Of a stretch of DNA of 64,000 nt, positions 9,221-17,793 are shown in pieces. The notes beneath the pieces were generated by a model. The model ran no database searches. It worked only from the letters and a program-made list of their open reading frames with translations, and had not been told where the DNA came from. The stretch is from contig JACPYP010000013.1 of NCBI GenBank assembly GCA_016195985.1, positions 12,116-76,115 of the forward strand, written 5' to 3'. The DNA is from Acidobacteriota bacterium. Its GTDB lineage: Bacteria > Acidobacteriota > Holophagae > Holophagales > Holophagaceae. The number at the start of each line of letters is the position of its first letter. Positions within the stretch are counted from its first letter, which is position 1. Position numbers and translations under genes: made by a program.

Positions 9221-10621
9221 TCAGCGCTTCCGGGCGCGGCTGAAACGGATCGGCGCCTTCTGCGGAGCCAGAAGGGTTTCAGGCGGTTTGGGCACAAAGC
9301 GGAGGAAGGTACGGTCCACCTTGGCGATCTCGTTGCGGAGGGCCTGGTACAGCTCGCCCAAGGGAAGGGGAAGGGCCTCAAGCAGCGCCTGCCTGTCCAG
9401 GGGCTCGGCGTTGTGCCACAGGGTAAGGGTTCCCCACATCACACCTTGCACCTCGCTCCATTGTTCCCGCAGACGCCGCTGCCACTTCGTGAGGCCGGGC
9501 TCGTCCGGTTCGCCCAGGATGCCCAGATCCACACCCAGAACGGAACCCGCCAGGAACAGGGTGTCCTGATGCCGCCAGAGTATGGCCAAGGCCTCCTCGG
9601 CGCTTTGGAATTCCAGAGTGGGCAGTGGCGGCAGCGGCTGCTCCGTGCCCCAGGCGTGAATGGCGGTGCAAAGGCGGGATAGTTCGCGAGCTTGGGCGGG
9701 GGTCCAGGGGGGCAGGTCCTCTATGCCGGATTCGAACAGGATGAAGGCGCATTCCCGGCCATCCCGCGCGGGAGACCAACACCAGCCCGGATCCAGCCTG
9801 CCTTTGAGCGCGCCATACCACTGCGACAGCGGAAGCAGGGTGGAGAGGGGCCGTTGGCACCGCCGGGCGTCCAGCATGCTCTGCAGATCCTGGGCCAGGG
9901 CCGCGGGCAACGCCGCCCCTCGCGGGCCCTCGGGCAAGGGGTAGGGCCTGGCGAGAAAGGGCCGGTAGTCAGGGATCTGCCATTTCAGTGGATCGGCGCC
10001 GGAAGCCTGAGCCGCCTGATCGAGGCGGGCATGGATTCCCTGAAGGATGTCTGCCAGTTCTTCCGTGTAGTCAAGCGCCGAGGCGCCATGGTTGGTGTAG
10101 GCCCTCAGCATCATCAGCTGGAACTGCGCCAGCAGATCCGCCCCCTCATGCACCAGCCGCCCGACCCGCGCGTCAGGGCCTGCCTCTGGATCGAGGATGC
10201 CTTCGGTTGTGAACCGCAGCACCCGCCAGGCCGCCAGATCCAAGTGGTGCCAGAGCTTGTCGAGCACAGGCCTCGAGAGGGTGGGGCGGGCCGGAAAGGC
10301 GGGCAGAGGCGGCAGGATGGCACGTTGCTCCAATACGATGAGCTGAAGCGCCGCCAACCCCATCTTGGCCTCGGCCTTGGGCCAAGGGGCGGGCGCCATG
10401 CGCCAGTCGCTGAACAGCGCATCCAGCCAGTCATCCTGGTCCATTTCGAGGTACGCGATTCCGGGTTGATCCGAATGGCGGGAGGGCATCGCGGCCAGCC
10501 CTGTGGAAACGGCCCAGGCCAGCGTGGAAGGCGGACGCGAGGCCTGTTTGTGATGCAGCATGCGGGAGGCTGCGTCGGCAGCGGCTGCTGAAAGCCTTGG
10601 GAGTGTTGAGCGCGGGGCCAT
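9221..10621 (-). CDS. Hypothetical protein (466 aa), no recognisable domain, embedded in the Bat-like operon
   Basis: ATG at 10621 lies 3 nt after the stop of the upstream gene. Its own stop lies 2 nt before the next ATG (9218). Trp/Leu-rich, with no TM helix or signal peptide seen. Confidence 0.6.
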   Translation of the reverse strand: MAPRSTLPRLSAAAADAASRMLHHKQASRPPSTLAWAVSTGLAAMPSRHSDQPGIAYLEMDQDDWLDALFSDWRMAPAPWPKAEAKMGLAALQLIVLEQRAILPPLPAFPARPTLSRPVLDKLWHHLDLAAWRVLRFTTEGILDPEAGPDARVGRLVHEGADLLAQFQLMMLRAYTNHGASALDYTEELADILQGIHARLDQAAQASGADPLKWQIPDYRPFLARPYPLPEGPRGAALPAALAQDLQSMLDARRCQRPLSTLLPLSQWYGALKGRLDPGWCWSPARDGRECAFILFESGIEDLPPWTPAQARELSRLCTAIHAWGTEQPLPPLPTLEFQSAEEALAILWRHQDTLFLAGSVLGVDLGILGEPDEPGLTKWQRRLREQWSEVQGVMWGTLTLWHNAEPLDRQALLEALPLPLGELYQALRNEIAKVDRTFLRFVPKPPETLLAPQKAPIRFSRARKR

Positions 10622-10624
10622 GGC

Positions 10625-11581
10625 TTAGTGTCCTTCAATCCAATCCGGTCGCCGCCGGCCTCGCTTGAAGGCGAGATCCACCGCCAGGGGCAGGCCGAGA
10701 AGGGCCGCGGCCAGCAGGAACCAGCGGGCCAGGGGCCGGCCTTCGGTGGGCGGATCCACGGGAAGCAGGGTTTTCTCAAGCTGATCGACGGACGTGAGGC
10801 TGCGTTCGAGGCCCGCAGGATCCTCGGCGCCAAAGGATTCTCCCCCGGTGAGGTGGGCCACCTGCTGGAGGTTGACGTGGTCGACCTCCACCCGAAGCCG
10901 GGCGAAGCCCCCGCCATCCAGGGGCACCAGGCTTTCTCCGTTGGTGCCGATGGCCACGGTATGGATGCGGATGCCCTGGCGGCGCGCCTCCTCGGCGGCC
11001 TCCATGGCGGTCACCCGGCCCCGGTTCTCCACGCCATCGGTGAGGAGCAGGATGACGCGGCTGCGGGCGGGGCTTTCTTCAAGGCGCCGCACGGCGGTCA
11101 TCAGGGCCGATCCGATGGCCGTGCCGTCGTCACGGCTGTCGATGTCGAGCCGGGCCAGCATGCCCAGCAGGCGCTGGTGGTCGGCGGTGAGGGGACTGAG
11201 GGTCACCGGGTGGGCGCTGAAGAGGATGAGGGCGAAGCGGTCTTCCGGGCGCCGCAGGACGAACTGGGCCAGGGTGCGCCGGGCTGCGTGCCAGCGGTCC
11301 TCGTCGGGCCGGTCGAGGATCCGCATGCTGCTGCTGCCGTCCAGCACCACCGCGAAGTCCACGACGGGGGCGGCACCGCGCAGGGCGGTGCGCCATTCCG
11401 GCCCGGTGGCCGCCAGGCCGAGGATCATCGTCACCAGGATGGGCAGCCAGTGGGAGGTGAGCCGGCCCAGGCGGCCGGAGGGCCGGGAAGAGGGAATGCC
11501 CCAACGGTAGCTCACGCGCCAGGCCCATACGACCAGGGGCAGAGCCGCCAGGAGGAGCAGGGGATGGCGCAGGGCGATCAC
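10625..11581 (-). CDS. VWA domain membrane protein (BatA-like)
   Basis: GTG at 11581 overlaps the upstream stop (GTGA). N-terminal TM helices, then VWA blocks (DFAVVLDGSSSM, VILLLTDGVENRG) and a C-terminal TM helix. Confidence 0.75.
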   Translation of the reverse strand: MIALRHPLLLLAALPLVVWAWRVSYRWGIPSSRPSGRLGRLTSHWLPILVTMILGLAATGPEWRTALRGAAPVVDFAVVLDGSSSMRILDRPDEDRWHAARRTLAQFVLRRPEDRFALILFSAHPVTLSPLTADHQRLLGMLARLDIDSRDDGTAIGSALMTAVRRLEESPARSRVILLLTDGVENRGRVTAMEAAEEARRQGIRIHTVAIGTNGESLVPLDGGGFARLRVEVDHVNLQQVAHLTGGESFGAEDPAGLERSLTSVDQLEKTLLPVDPPTEGRPLARWFLLAAALLGLPLAVDLAFKRGRRRPDWIEGH

Positions 11582-12411
11582 CGCGGACTCCGTGCGTCGC
11601 CCCGCGCATCGAGCGCCGCCACCAGGTGCGCCGTGGGGGGGAAGGGGGGTTCGCTCCGGCCGAAACGGGCCGCATCGAGGCTTTTCACCCATTGATCCCA
11701 GGGGCTCAGATTGTGAGCCTCCAGTTCCGCGGGCCCCCAGGCCCGGGCGGCCTCGCCGAAGCGGACCGCGAGGAGGTCGCGCCCCTGGCCGTGGGCCGCG
11801 TCGAGGGAGGTCCGGTCCCGCTGGGCTGGAGGCCACTGGTGATGGAAGGCGTGGATGGCCCTGGCCAGGCGGCGTTTGGGGGAGCCTTTCCGCCAGCGGC
11901 GGATGAGCCAGCCCGCCAGGGCCAGCACCGGCACCAGCAGCAGGCTGGCCCAGGCCCAGGGGAAGGGGATGGCGGGCAGCAGGTCTTCATTGCCGCCCCC
12001 GAAGCCCACCCAGGGGCCTCCGTAGGGAATGCTGCGCGGCACCAGGATCCGCAGTTCCTGGCTGCGCTGGCCGTTGCCCAGATCCAGGGCGGGCACCACC
12101 GCAAGGCCTGGCTCCAGGGCCTGCACCTGGAAGCGCCAACCCCGGCCATCGGGCAGGGGCTCCAGGGCCCGCAGGCGCAGGGGGCCCAGGCGATCTTCCA
12201 CCAAGGGCCTGGGCGGAGCCGGCTTGGCCGGATCTTCTTCACGCAATTCGAGAACCTGCAGGTCGCCGAGCTTCAGCTGCGAAGGTGCTTTCCATGCAGG
12301 GGCGGCGGCCAGGACCACCGCCGAAGCGGCCAGGACCACCGCCGAGGCGGCCAGGACCGGGGCGCAGGCCCATCGCGAAGCAGCGCGCCGCCACCCACGG
12401 GCCATGTTCAT
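11578..12411 (-). CDS. Membrane protein, DUF4381/BatD-like
   Basis: ATG at 12411 overlaps the DUF58 stop (ATGA). N-terminal anchor, a central TM helix followed by RRWRK and a C-terminal helical region. The family call is tentative. Confidence 0.5.
   Translation of the reverse strand: MNMARGWRRAASRWACAPVLAASAVVLAASAVVLAAAPAWKAPSQLKLGDLQVLELREEDPAKPAPPRPLVEDRLGPLRLRALEPLPDGRGWRFQVQALEPGLAVVPALDLGNGQRSQELRILVPRSIPYGGPWVGFGGGNEDLLPAIPFPWAWASLLLVPVLALAGWLIRRWRKGSPKRRLARAIHAFHHQWPPAQRDRTSLDAAHGQGRDLLAVRFGEAARAWGPAELEAHNLSPWDQWVKSLDAARFGRSEPPFPPTAHLVAALDARGDARSPR
12307..12358. repeat. In-frame 21-bp tandem repeat, about 2.5 copies
   Basis: GGCCAGGACCACCGCCGAAGC / GGCCAGGACCACCGCCGAGGC / GGCCAGGACC. 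Encodes LAASAVV-LAASAVV-LAA in the N-terminal hydrophobic segment. Confidence 0.9.
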
Positions 12412-13172
12412 GCGCCACCCGCCCGGAGCCAGCCGTTGAGTTTCACCACGGGATCCTCCATGAGGCTCCAGTTCAGCCTTTCGATGGCCGAGGTGAAGCC
12501 GGGGTCCGGCCAGGCCACGCCGCGGCGCTTCTGGGCCTCCAGGGGCCGGAACCACACCAGCCGGTGCCGCGTGGCCAGGGGTTTCAGCAGGGGGGCCAGC
12601 CCCTGCAGGCCTGCGCCGTTGCTCAGCAGCCACAGGCGGTGTCCCTTGCCGTGCTCGCCCCAATGGCCCAGGGCCTCCCGCCAGGAAGCCTCGGTGGGAA
12701 TAGATGGCCCCCGCTCGGCCAGGGTTTCCAGAATGCGGAGGCCATGGATGCGTCCCCGTTTCGGGGCGATGCGCAGGGCGGGGGTGCGGCCGTCCCCGGG
12801 GACGATGAGGCCCAGGCGGTCTCCGGTGGCCTGAAGCGTGGCGGCGGCAGCCCCGCAGAGTTCCAGGGCCCAGCGCAGAGGAGACACCGGATCCCCCAGG
12901 AACATCGAGGGCGAAGGATCCACCACCAGCCAGAGCACCAGATCGCGGCTGCTTTCGAAGCGCTTCATGATGGGCTCGCCCGTGCGGGCGGTCAGAGGCC
13001 AGTTGATGAAGCGCGGATCATCGCCGGGAACGTAGGGCCGGTTCTCCACGAAGGTGAGCCCCGCGCCCTTGACCTTGGAAGGGTGCAGCCCTTCCGTGCC
13101 TCCGCCCAAGCGCCCCCGCAACCGCAACGGCAGGCGTCGCAGGCGGGCGAGGAAGCGGGCGGGCAGGGGCAT
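12408..13172 (-). CDS. DUF58 domain protein
   Basis: ATG at 13172 (MPLPARFLARL...). Core motif GLTFVENRPYVPGDDPRFINW is the DUF58 signature usually found next to MoxR ATPases. Confidence 0.75.
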   Translation of the reverse strand: MPLPARFLARLRRLPLRLRGRLGGGTEGLHPSKVKGAGLTFVENRPYVPGDDPRFINWPLTARTGEPIMKRFESSRDLVLWLVVDPSPSMFLGDPVSPLRWALELCGAAAATLQATGDRLGLIVPGDGRTPALRIAPKRGRIHGLRILETLAERGPSIPTEASWREALGHWGEHGKGHRLWLLSNGAGLQGLAPLLKPLATRHRLVWFRPLEAQKRRGVAWPDPGFTSAIERLNWSLMEDPVVKLNGWLRAGGA

Positions 13173-13188
13173 GGCTTCTGAGTATGGA

Positions 13189-14925
13189 TCAATTCTGGTC
13201 TTCCAAACCCTCCAGCTCTCCATCCTGGGGGCCGCGGATCTGGGTGCTCAATCGGACTGAGGCCGTCTGGCCTTTTGGGATCTTCAAGGTCCAGGCGAGC
13301 ACTCCAGATGTCCGCTCCACCGCTCCTGGCGTGGTTTCTGGAAGCGCGGCGATTTTCACTGCATCCACTGTTGATTTGAGCATGCGGTCCTGGACCTCGA
13401 CCTCCAGGTTCTCGTTCGTGTCGTTGCTCAACTCAAGGGCCTCTTTGATCGTCCACTGGCGCTGCTTTGTGAAGGTGCCGATGGTTTCGAGTCTGTGGTC
13501 CAGCCTCCTGAAGCTGACGCGGAGGCCCTTCATGGGGCCAAAACTCAACTGGAAAGGTTGTCCTGCGGGCGGGACTTTCAGGGGGGCCTGGCCCAGGCGC
13601 TGTGTTCCCGCGAACTGCACCACGGGAGCCTCTGGAAAGAGAGGGAACCGTTCGGGAGGGGCGAACTGAGCCACCTGGTACGCCGTGGCGTCCAGCCGTG
13701 GCAGGGCGATGAGCTTCATGTGCGGTTGGAGTTCTTGGGTCAACATTTTGAAGCGATGGGGCTCACCGTCTGAGGGAATGTCTTTGGACCCCTCGAGGGA
13801 AAGCGTGGTGGCAAGGCCCGAGGCCTCTTCCAGGGTGGCGGCGGTGGCTTCCACGGCGGCCACGGGAGAAGGGGGTGGCGGTGGGGGTATCACGGCTTCG
13901 CGAGAATAGTCCGTTGCGGTGGCCGGGCCCGCGATGATCCCCCCGACCACGCCCCCCACCACTCCTCCGATGACCCCGCCTGGTACGCCGCCTGGAACCC
14001 CCCTGGGGACACCACCCAGGCTGTGATCCACCGTGGGCAGTGGCAATTGCCAGGAGATTTCCTGAGGGCCCTCAAAGCTGGGCGTGGAGAGGCTTCGGCC
14101 GGGTTTGGCATTGCTGATCTCCAGGCGCACGCCATCCCAGGATTCGCCGGTGGTCTGCACGACCGCGGCATACAGGGTGAATCCAAGGGAAGCGCGGTCT
14201 TCGGAAAGCCGGGCCTCGTAGATGGGCGTCCAACGGGCGCGCCGCTGGCGGTAGCTGACTTCCACCACCACTGGGCCGGCCCCTGGGCTGATCAGTTCCA
14301 CCGTGACGCGGCTAGGGGCGGTGCGTTGCTGGCCCTGCCTTTGCCGCAGTTCCCCGTTGAGCTGCGTTTCCTCAAGGGTCAGCTTCTCGAGATCCCGCTT
14401 GAGCCGCCGGTCTTGGAACATCAGGGCGGAAAGCCGTGTCTGGATGCTGCGAGCCAGCTCGACGATGGGCGCAGCATTGGGCAGGTTGTAGGTCATCCGC
14501 CCCGAGAGTTCCTTGTCCTGTGCGGCCATCAAACCCTTGAGGAAGGCTTGTTCCTGCCGGATGGATTCCAGTTGCGCCTCCAGGGTGTCGCGCCGGACTC
14601 GCATCGCTTCCCGGTCCGCTTCCAGCCGTTTCCATTCCGGTGTTTCCGTGACTTCGCGTGGTTCGGCGCGGACGGCCACATCTCCGAGGCTGGTGCCGGC
14701 GGGGCCTTTGGCGCTGACTTGGATATCCTCGAGGCGAAGGCCGGAGGGGAGATCCGACAACTGGAGGTAATGTGTCCCTGTGGCGGGAAGAGCGGCCTTC
14801 CCGATGCGGGTGATCCACGCCTCGTCGGGATGAAGGCGCACCCGCTGGATGGGTGCTTTCAACTGTATGGGCGCTTGGGCCGAGAGGACGGCCGTCAAGG
14901 GCAAGGTCAACAGGGCAACGCGCAT
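13189..14925 (-). CDS. DUF4140/DUF4139 (MuiA-like) secreted protein with coiled coil and a GGVPGGV low-complexity insert
   Basis: ATG at 14925 gives MRVALLTLPLTAVLSAQ. N-terminal VRLHPDEAWITR...LPSGLRLEDIQV pattern, a long coiled coil and a C-terminal beta-rich domain. Insert is GGVPRGVPGGVPGGVIGGVVGGVVGGIIAG. Confidence 0.65.
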   Translation of the reverse strand: MRVALLTLPLTAVLSAQAPIQLKAPIQRVRLHPDEAWITRIGKAALPATGTHYLQLSDLPSGLRLEDIQVSAKGPAGTSLGDVAVRAEPREVTETPEWKRLEADREAMRVRRDTLEAQLESIRQEQAFLKGLMAAQDKELSGRMTYNLPNAAPIVELARSIQTRLSALMFQDRRLKRDLEKLTLEETQLNGELRQRQGQQRTAPSRVTVELISPGAGPVVVEVSYRQRRARWTPIYEARLSEDRASLGFTLYAAVVQTTGESWDGVRLEISNAKPGRSLSTPSFEGPQEISWQLPLPTVDHSLGGVPRGVPGGVPGGVIGGVVGGVVGGIIAGPATATDYSREAVIPPPPPPSPVAAVEATAATLEEASGLATTLSLEGSKDIPSDGEPHRFKMLTQELQPHMKLIALPRLDATAYQVAQFAPPERFPLFPEAPVVQFAGTQRLGQAPLKVPPAGQPFQLSFGPMKGLRVSFRRLDHRLETIGTFTKQRQWTIKEALELSNDTNENLEVEVQDRMLKSTVDAVKIAALPETTPGAVERTSGVLAWTLKIPKGQTASVRLSTQIRGPQDGELEGLEDQN

Positions 14926-14963
14926 GGAGGCTCCGCGGGGCAATTGCAGCCAACCTCCAGGAT

Positions 14964-16397
14964 CTACCACTTCACCCGGACCCGGTAGCTCAGGGTGGCG
15001 CTGCCTTCGGCGGGCACGGTGACTTTGAACCGGGCCGTTCCGGCCGCCTCCTTGGTGTGGGGGTGGGTGCTCTGCAGCATCTCCCAGTCGCCGGGCATGG
15101 GCTCCAGCAGGTTCACGGTGACAGGTTCCTTCTTGGCGTTTTTCAGCTCCACTTCAAAGGCGGATTCGTGGACATAGCCGTACTTGCCCTGGCGGCCCAG
15201 GCTCTTGTAGTCGGTCTGCTTGCGCTTGGCGGTGACATCAAAGGCTTCGCCCAGCTTGAGGCGCACCAGCTCGTTCTTGGGGGTGTGGTCCACGTTGTCT
15301 TCGCCCACGAACTGGGCCCGGCCCTCGCTGTCGCGCTTGTAGACGCGGATGATGCCCTTGGGCAGGGGCATGCCCAGGCGGCTGGATTCCTTGTTGTCGA
15401 ATTCCACGAAGACGCCCACCTTCTGCTTCTCTCCGAGGTCGCCGTAGCTTCCGGAGTAGTAGTAGCCCTGGCCCTGCAGGAGGTATTCCTTGCGCACGGG
15501 CACCGAGCCCGCGCTCAGGAGGGCCACCTGCTTGGTCTGGTTCACGGCCAGGGTGGTGGGCCGGTCCAGGGTGTAGAGGTGGTATTCGAAGAGGCTTTCC
15601 TCGGCCATTTTGGGAGCGGGCGCGGCCTTGGCCATGGCGCCCGCGGCCATGTAGGCCACGGTTTCCGTCCGCCGGTCCCGGGCCCGGTTCACATCACCGG
15701 CGACGAGCTGCAGCGTGGCGTTGGGATAGGCGGCGCCGCTCTGGTTGGTGAGGGTCACCCAGCCGCTGAGATCGAGGGCCTTTTCATCCGGAGACAGGTT
15801 GGCCACGTAGTCCGCCCGCCAGGAGAGCCCCCCCGTGAGGTAGCTCAGTTCCAGCTGCTGGGCTTTCTCCGCGCCGCTGTTGAGGCTGATGACCAGGGTG
15901 GGCCGGGCCCGCAGGTTGCCCGGAACCTTCGGGAATACCAGGCGCCCGGGGATGCTCGTTTCGATGCGGTCGGCGAACTGCAGCACCGTGCCGTTGTTGG
16001 TGGCCAGCACCGTGGCCTCCTCGCGGATTTCTCTGGAGCCTGCGCCCTCGGCATTGGGCACGCTGCGCACCACGGTCACCTTCTCGCCCACGTACTTCTC
16101 CAGCAGTTTCTGGGGGGTGAGCAGGTCGAAGTCGAAGTTCTGTTCGGCCACCCAGAAATCCTTGGGTGCCGTGAGACTGCGCAACAGAGCCGTCTCCGGC
16201 CGGATCTGGGCCGACACCTCCTGGAAGGCCAGCCGCGCCTCGCCCTTGGGCAGCCGCACCTCCCGGGTATCCTTCACCAGGGCCAGGTTGTCGTTGTAGA
16301 TGGTCACCGCCAGGCCCTTCTGATCCTTCAGCGTGGTGGCGGATTCCTGGGCGGCCAGAAGCGAAGGCAGAACGGCGAGAAGCAGGGTGGGGCGCAT
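14964..16397 (-). CDS. DUF4139 domain secreted protein (paralogue of the downstream gene)
   Basis: ATG at 16397 preceded by GGAGG. Signal peptide MRPTLLLAVLPSLLAAQ. VTIYNDNLALVKD...LPKGEARLAFQEVS pattern. Confidence 0.65.
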   Translation of the reverse strand: MRPTLLLAVLPSLLAAQESATTLKDQKGLAVTIYNDNLALVKDTREVRLPKGEARLAFQEVSAQIRPETALLRSLTAPKDFWVAEQNFDFDLLTPQKLLEKYVGEKVTVVRSVPNAEGAGSREIREEATVLATNNGTVLQFADRIETSIPGRLVFPKVPGNLRARPTLVISLNSGAEKAQQLELSYLTGGLSWRADYVANLSPDEKALDLSGWVTLTNQSGAAYPNATLQLVAGDVNRARDRRTETVAYMAAGAMAKAAPAPKMAEESLFEYHLYTLDRPTTLAVNQTKQVALLSAGSVPVRKEYLLQGQGYYYSGSYGDLGEKQKVGVFVEFDNKESSRLGMPLPKGIIRVYKRDSEGRAQFVGEDNVDHTPKNELVRLKLGEAFDVTAKRKQTDYKSLGRQGKYGYVHESAFEVELKNAKKEPVTVNLLEPMPGDWEMLQSTHPHTKEAAGTARFKVTVPAEGSATLSYRVRVKW

Positions 16398-16617
16398 GGA
16401 ACCTCCGATGGGGTGGCGGGCAGGGCACCTGCCCGATACCTGGTGATGCCGTGAGATGGGAAATCCTTTCATGGAAAAACAGAAATCCGTACATAAGCGG
16501 AGGTTGGCAGAGGGGCGGAGGAAAGCGGAGGAAAAACCACATCCTTTCTCTCCGTTTTCCTCCGCCTCTCCCTTTCCTCTGCTTTTCTGATTTTTCGCTT
16601 GGTTTCCTGCGAAAGGG

Positions 16618-17043
16618 TCAGCTGAGCTTCCCTTCTCCCGCCAGTTCCTGAATCCTTGCCAGGGCGCTGTCCAGCTGGCCTTGCAGCAGTTTCTCGGCAC
16701 CCATCATCTGCATCATCATGGGGAGGTCGGCCTCGTCCACCAGGCGCAGGGTGCTGCCGCCGCCGGCGGCGGCGATCTCGAAGCGCAGCTCGTGATCGAA
16801 CATCTTCTTGGCGCCGGGCACCAGGCTCACCAGCTGGCCCGGGGTGCGGGTCTTGACGACGAGTTCCTGCGGCATCTTCATGCCCATGACTTCGACGGTA
16901 TAGCTGTGCTTGTCGGCGTCACCCTGGAAGTTCATGGCCGCGGGCTCGAGGAAGGCCCGGTGCTTGGACAGGTCCGAAAGGAAGGCGTACAGCGCGTCGG
17001 CGGAGACGGGCAGCGAGGCCGAGGCGGTCTTCAGGGTGGTCAT
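16618..17043 (-). CDS. SRPBCC/START-like small protein
   Basis: ATG at 17043. 141 aa with the layout of a polyketide-cyclase/SRPBCC-like fold. Tentative. Confidence 0.45.
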   Translation of the reverse strand: MTTLKTASASLPVSADALYAFLSDLSKHRAFLEPAAMNFQGDADKHSYTVEVMGMKMPQELVVKTRTPGQLVSLVPGAKKMFDHELRFEIAAAGGGSTLRLVDEADLPMMMQMMGAEKLLQGQLDSALARIQELAGEGKLS

Positions 17044-17118
17044 GGCGACTCCGGGGTGAGGAGCCATCCAACCATGAAGCGGCGGCGGCGGCGAGGCCCT
17101 ACCCGCGGGCAAGGTGGC

Positions 17119-17793
17119 TCAGCGGCTGGTGGTGGCGCGATCACCGAAGAAGGCGGTGCCGATGCGGATCTGATCGGAGCCCGCGGCGATGGCCGCCTCC
17201 AGATCGCCGCTCATGCCCATGCTCAGGCGCAGAGGCTGGCCCAGGTCCTGTTGCAGGCCCTCGCGCAGGAGGTTCATCTGCGTGAAGGCGGCGGCATCTC
17301 CCGGCGGTGGAATGGCCATGAGCCCCCGGAGGGGCAGACGCGCATCGCCGCCCAGGGCGGCAAGCAGGGCGGGCAAGTCGGCCCCGGCGCAACCGCCCTG
17401 CTTGGTGGCTTCGTTCCAGAGATCCACCTGGATCCAGAGGGGGCGGACCACGTCGAGTTCTTCCGCCAGCCGGCGGAGGCGGTCCGCCAGATCGGGCCGG
17501 TCCAGGCTCTGGATTTCAGCAAAATGCTGAAGGGCTGGCTTGGCCTTGTTCCGCTGAAGGGGCCCCAGCAGCACGAACTGCAGGCCGGGCTCGGCCACGG
17601 CTTTGTCGGCGCCCTCCTGTACGTAGTTTTCGCCGAAGCGGATGAAGCCGGAACTGGCTGCCTCGCGAATGAGCGACAGGGGCTGTTTCTTGGACACTGG
17701 CAATAGCTCGACGCCAGCGGGATCCCGTCCGGAGGCTTCGCAGGCCTTCTGGATGCGGGTTCGCAGACCCCCGATGCGATCCAGGAGGCTCAC
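17119..17793 (-). CDS. yggS: YggS-family pyridoxal-phosphate homeostasis protein
   Basis: LLPVSKKQP (PLP lysine), FGENYVQE and SMGMSGDLEAAI blocks. GTG start overlaps the upstream stop (GTGA). Confidence 0.85.
   Translation of the reverse strand: MSLLDRIGGLRTRIQKACEASGRDPAGVELLPVSKKQPLSLIREAASSGFIRFGENYVQEGADKAVAEPGLQFVLLGPLQRNKAKPALQHFAEIQSLDRPDLADRLRRLAEELDVVRPLWIQVDLWNEATKQGGCAGADLPALLAALGGDARLPLRGLMAIPPPGDAAAFTQMNLLREGLQQDLGQPLRLSMGMSGDLEAAIAAGSDQIRIGTAFFGDRATTSR

Noticed and set aside
16451-16651. 66-aa plus-strand ORF in the 16.4-16.6 kb intergenic region.
   Set aside because: It spans the purine/pyrimidine hairpin, has no ribosome-binding site, and gives an odd composition (GGWQRGGGKRRKN...PPPLPFLCF). 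The RNA-structure explanation is more plausible.
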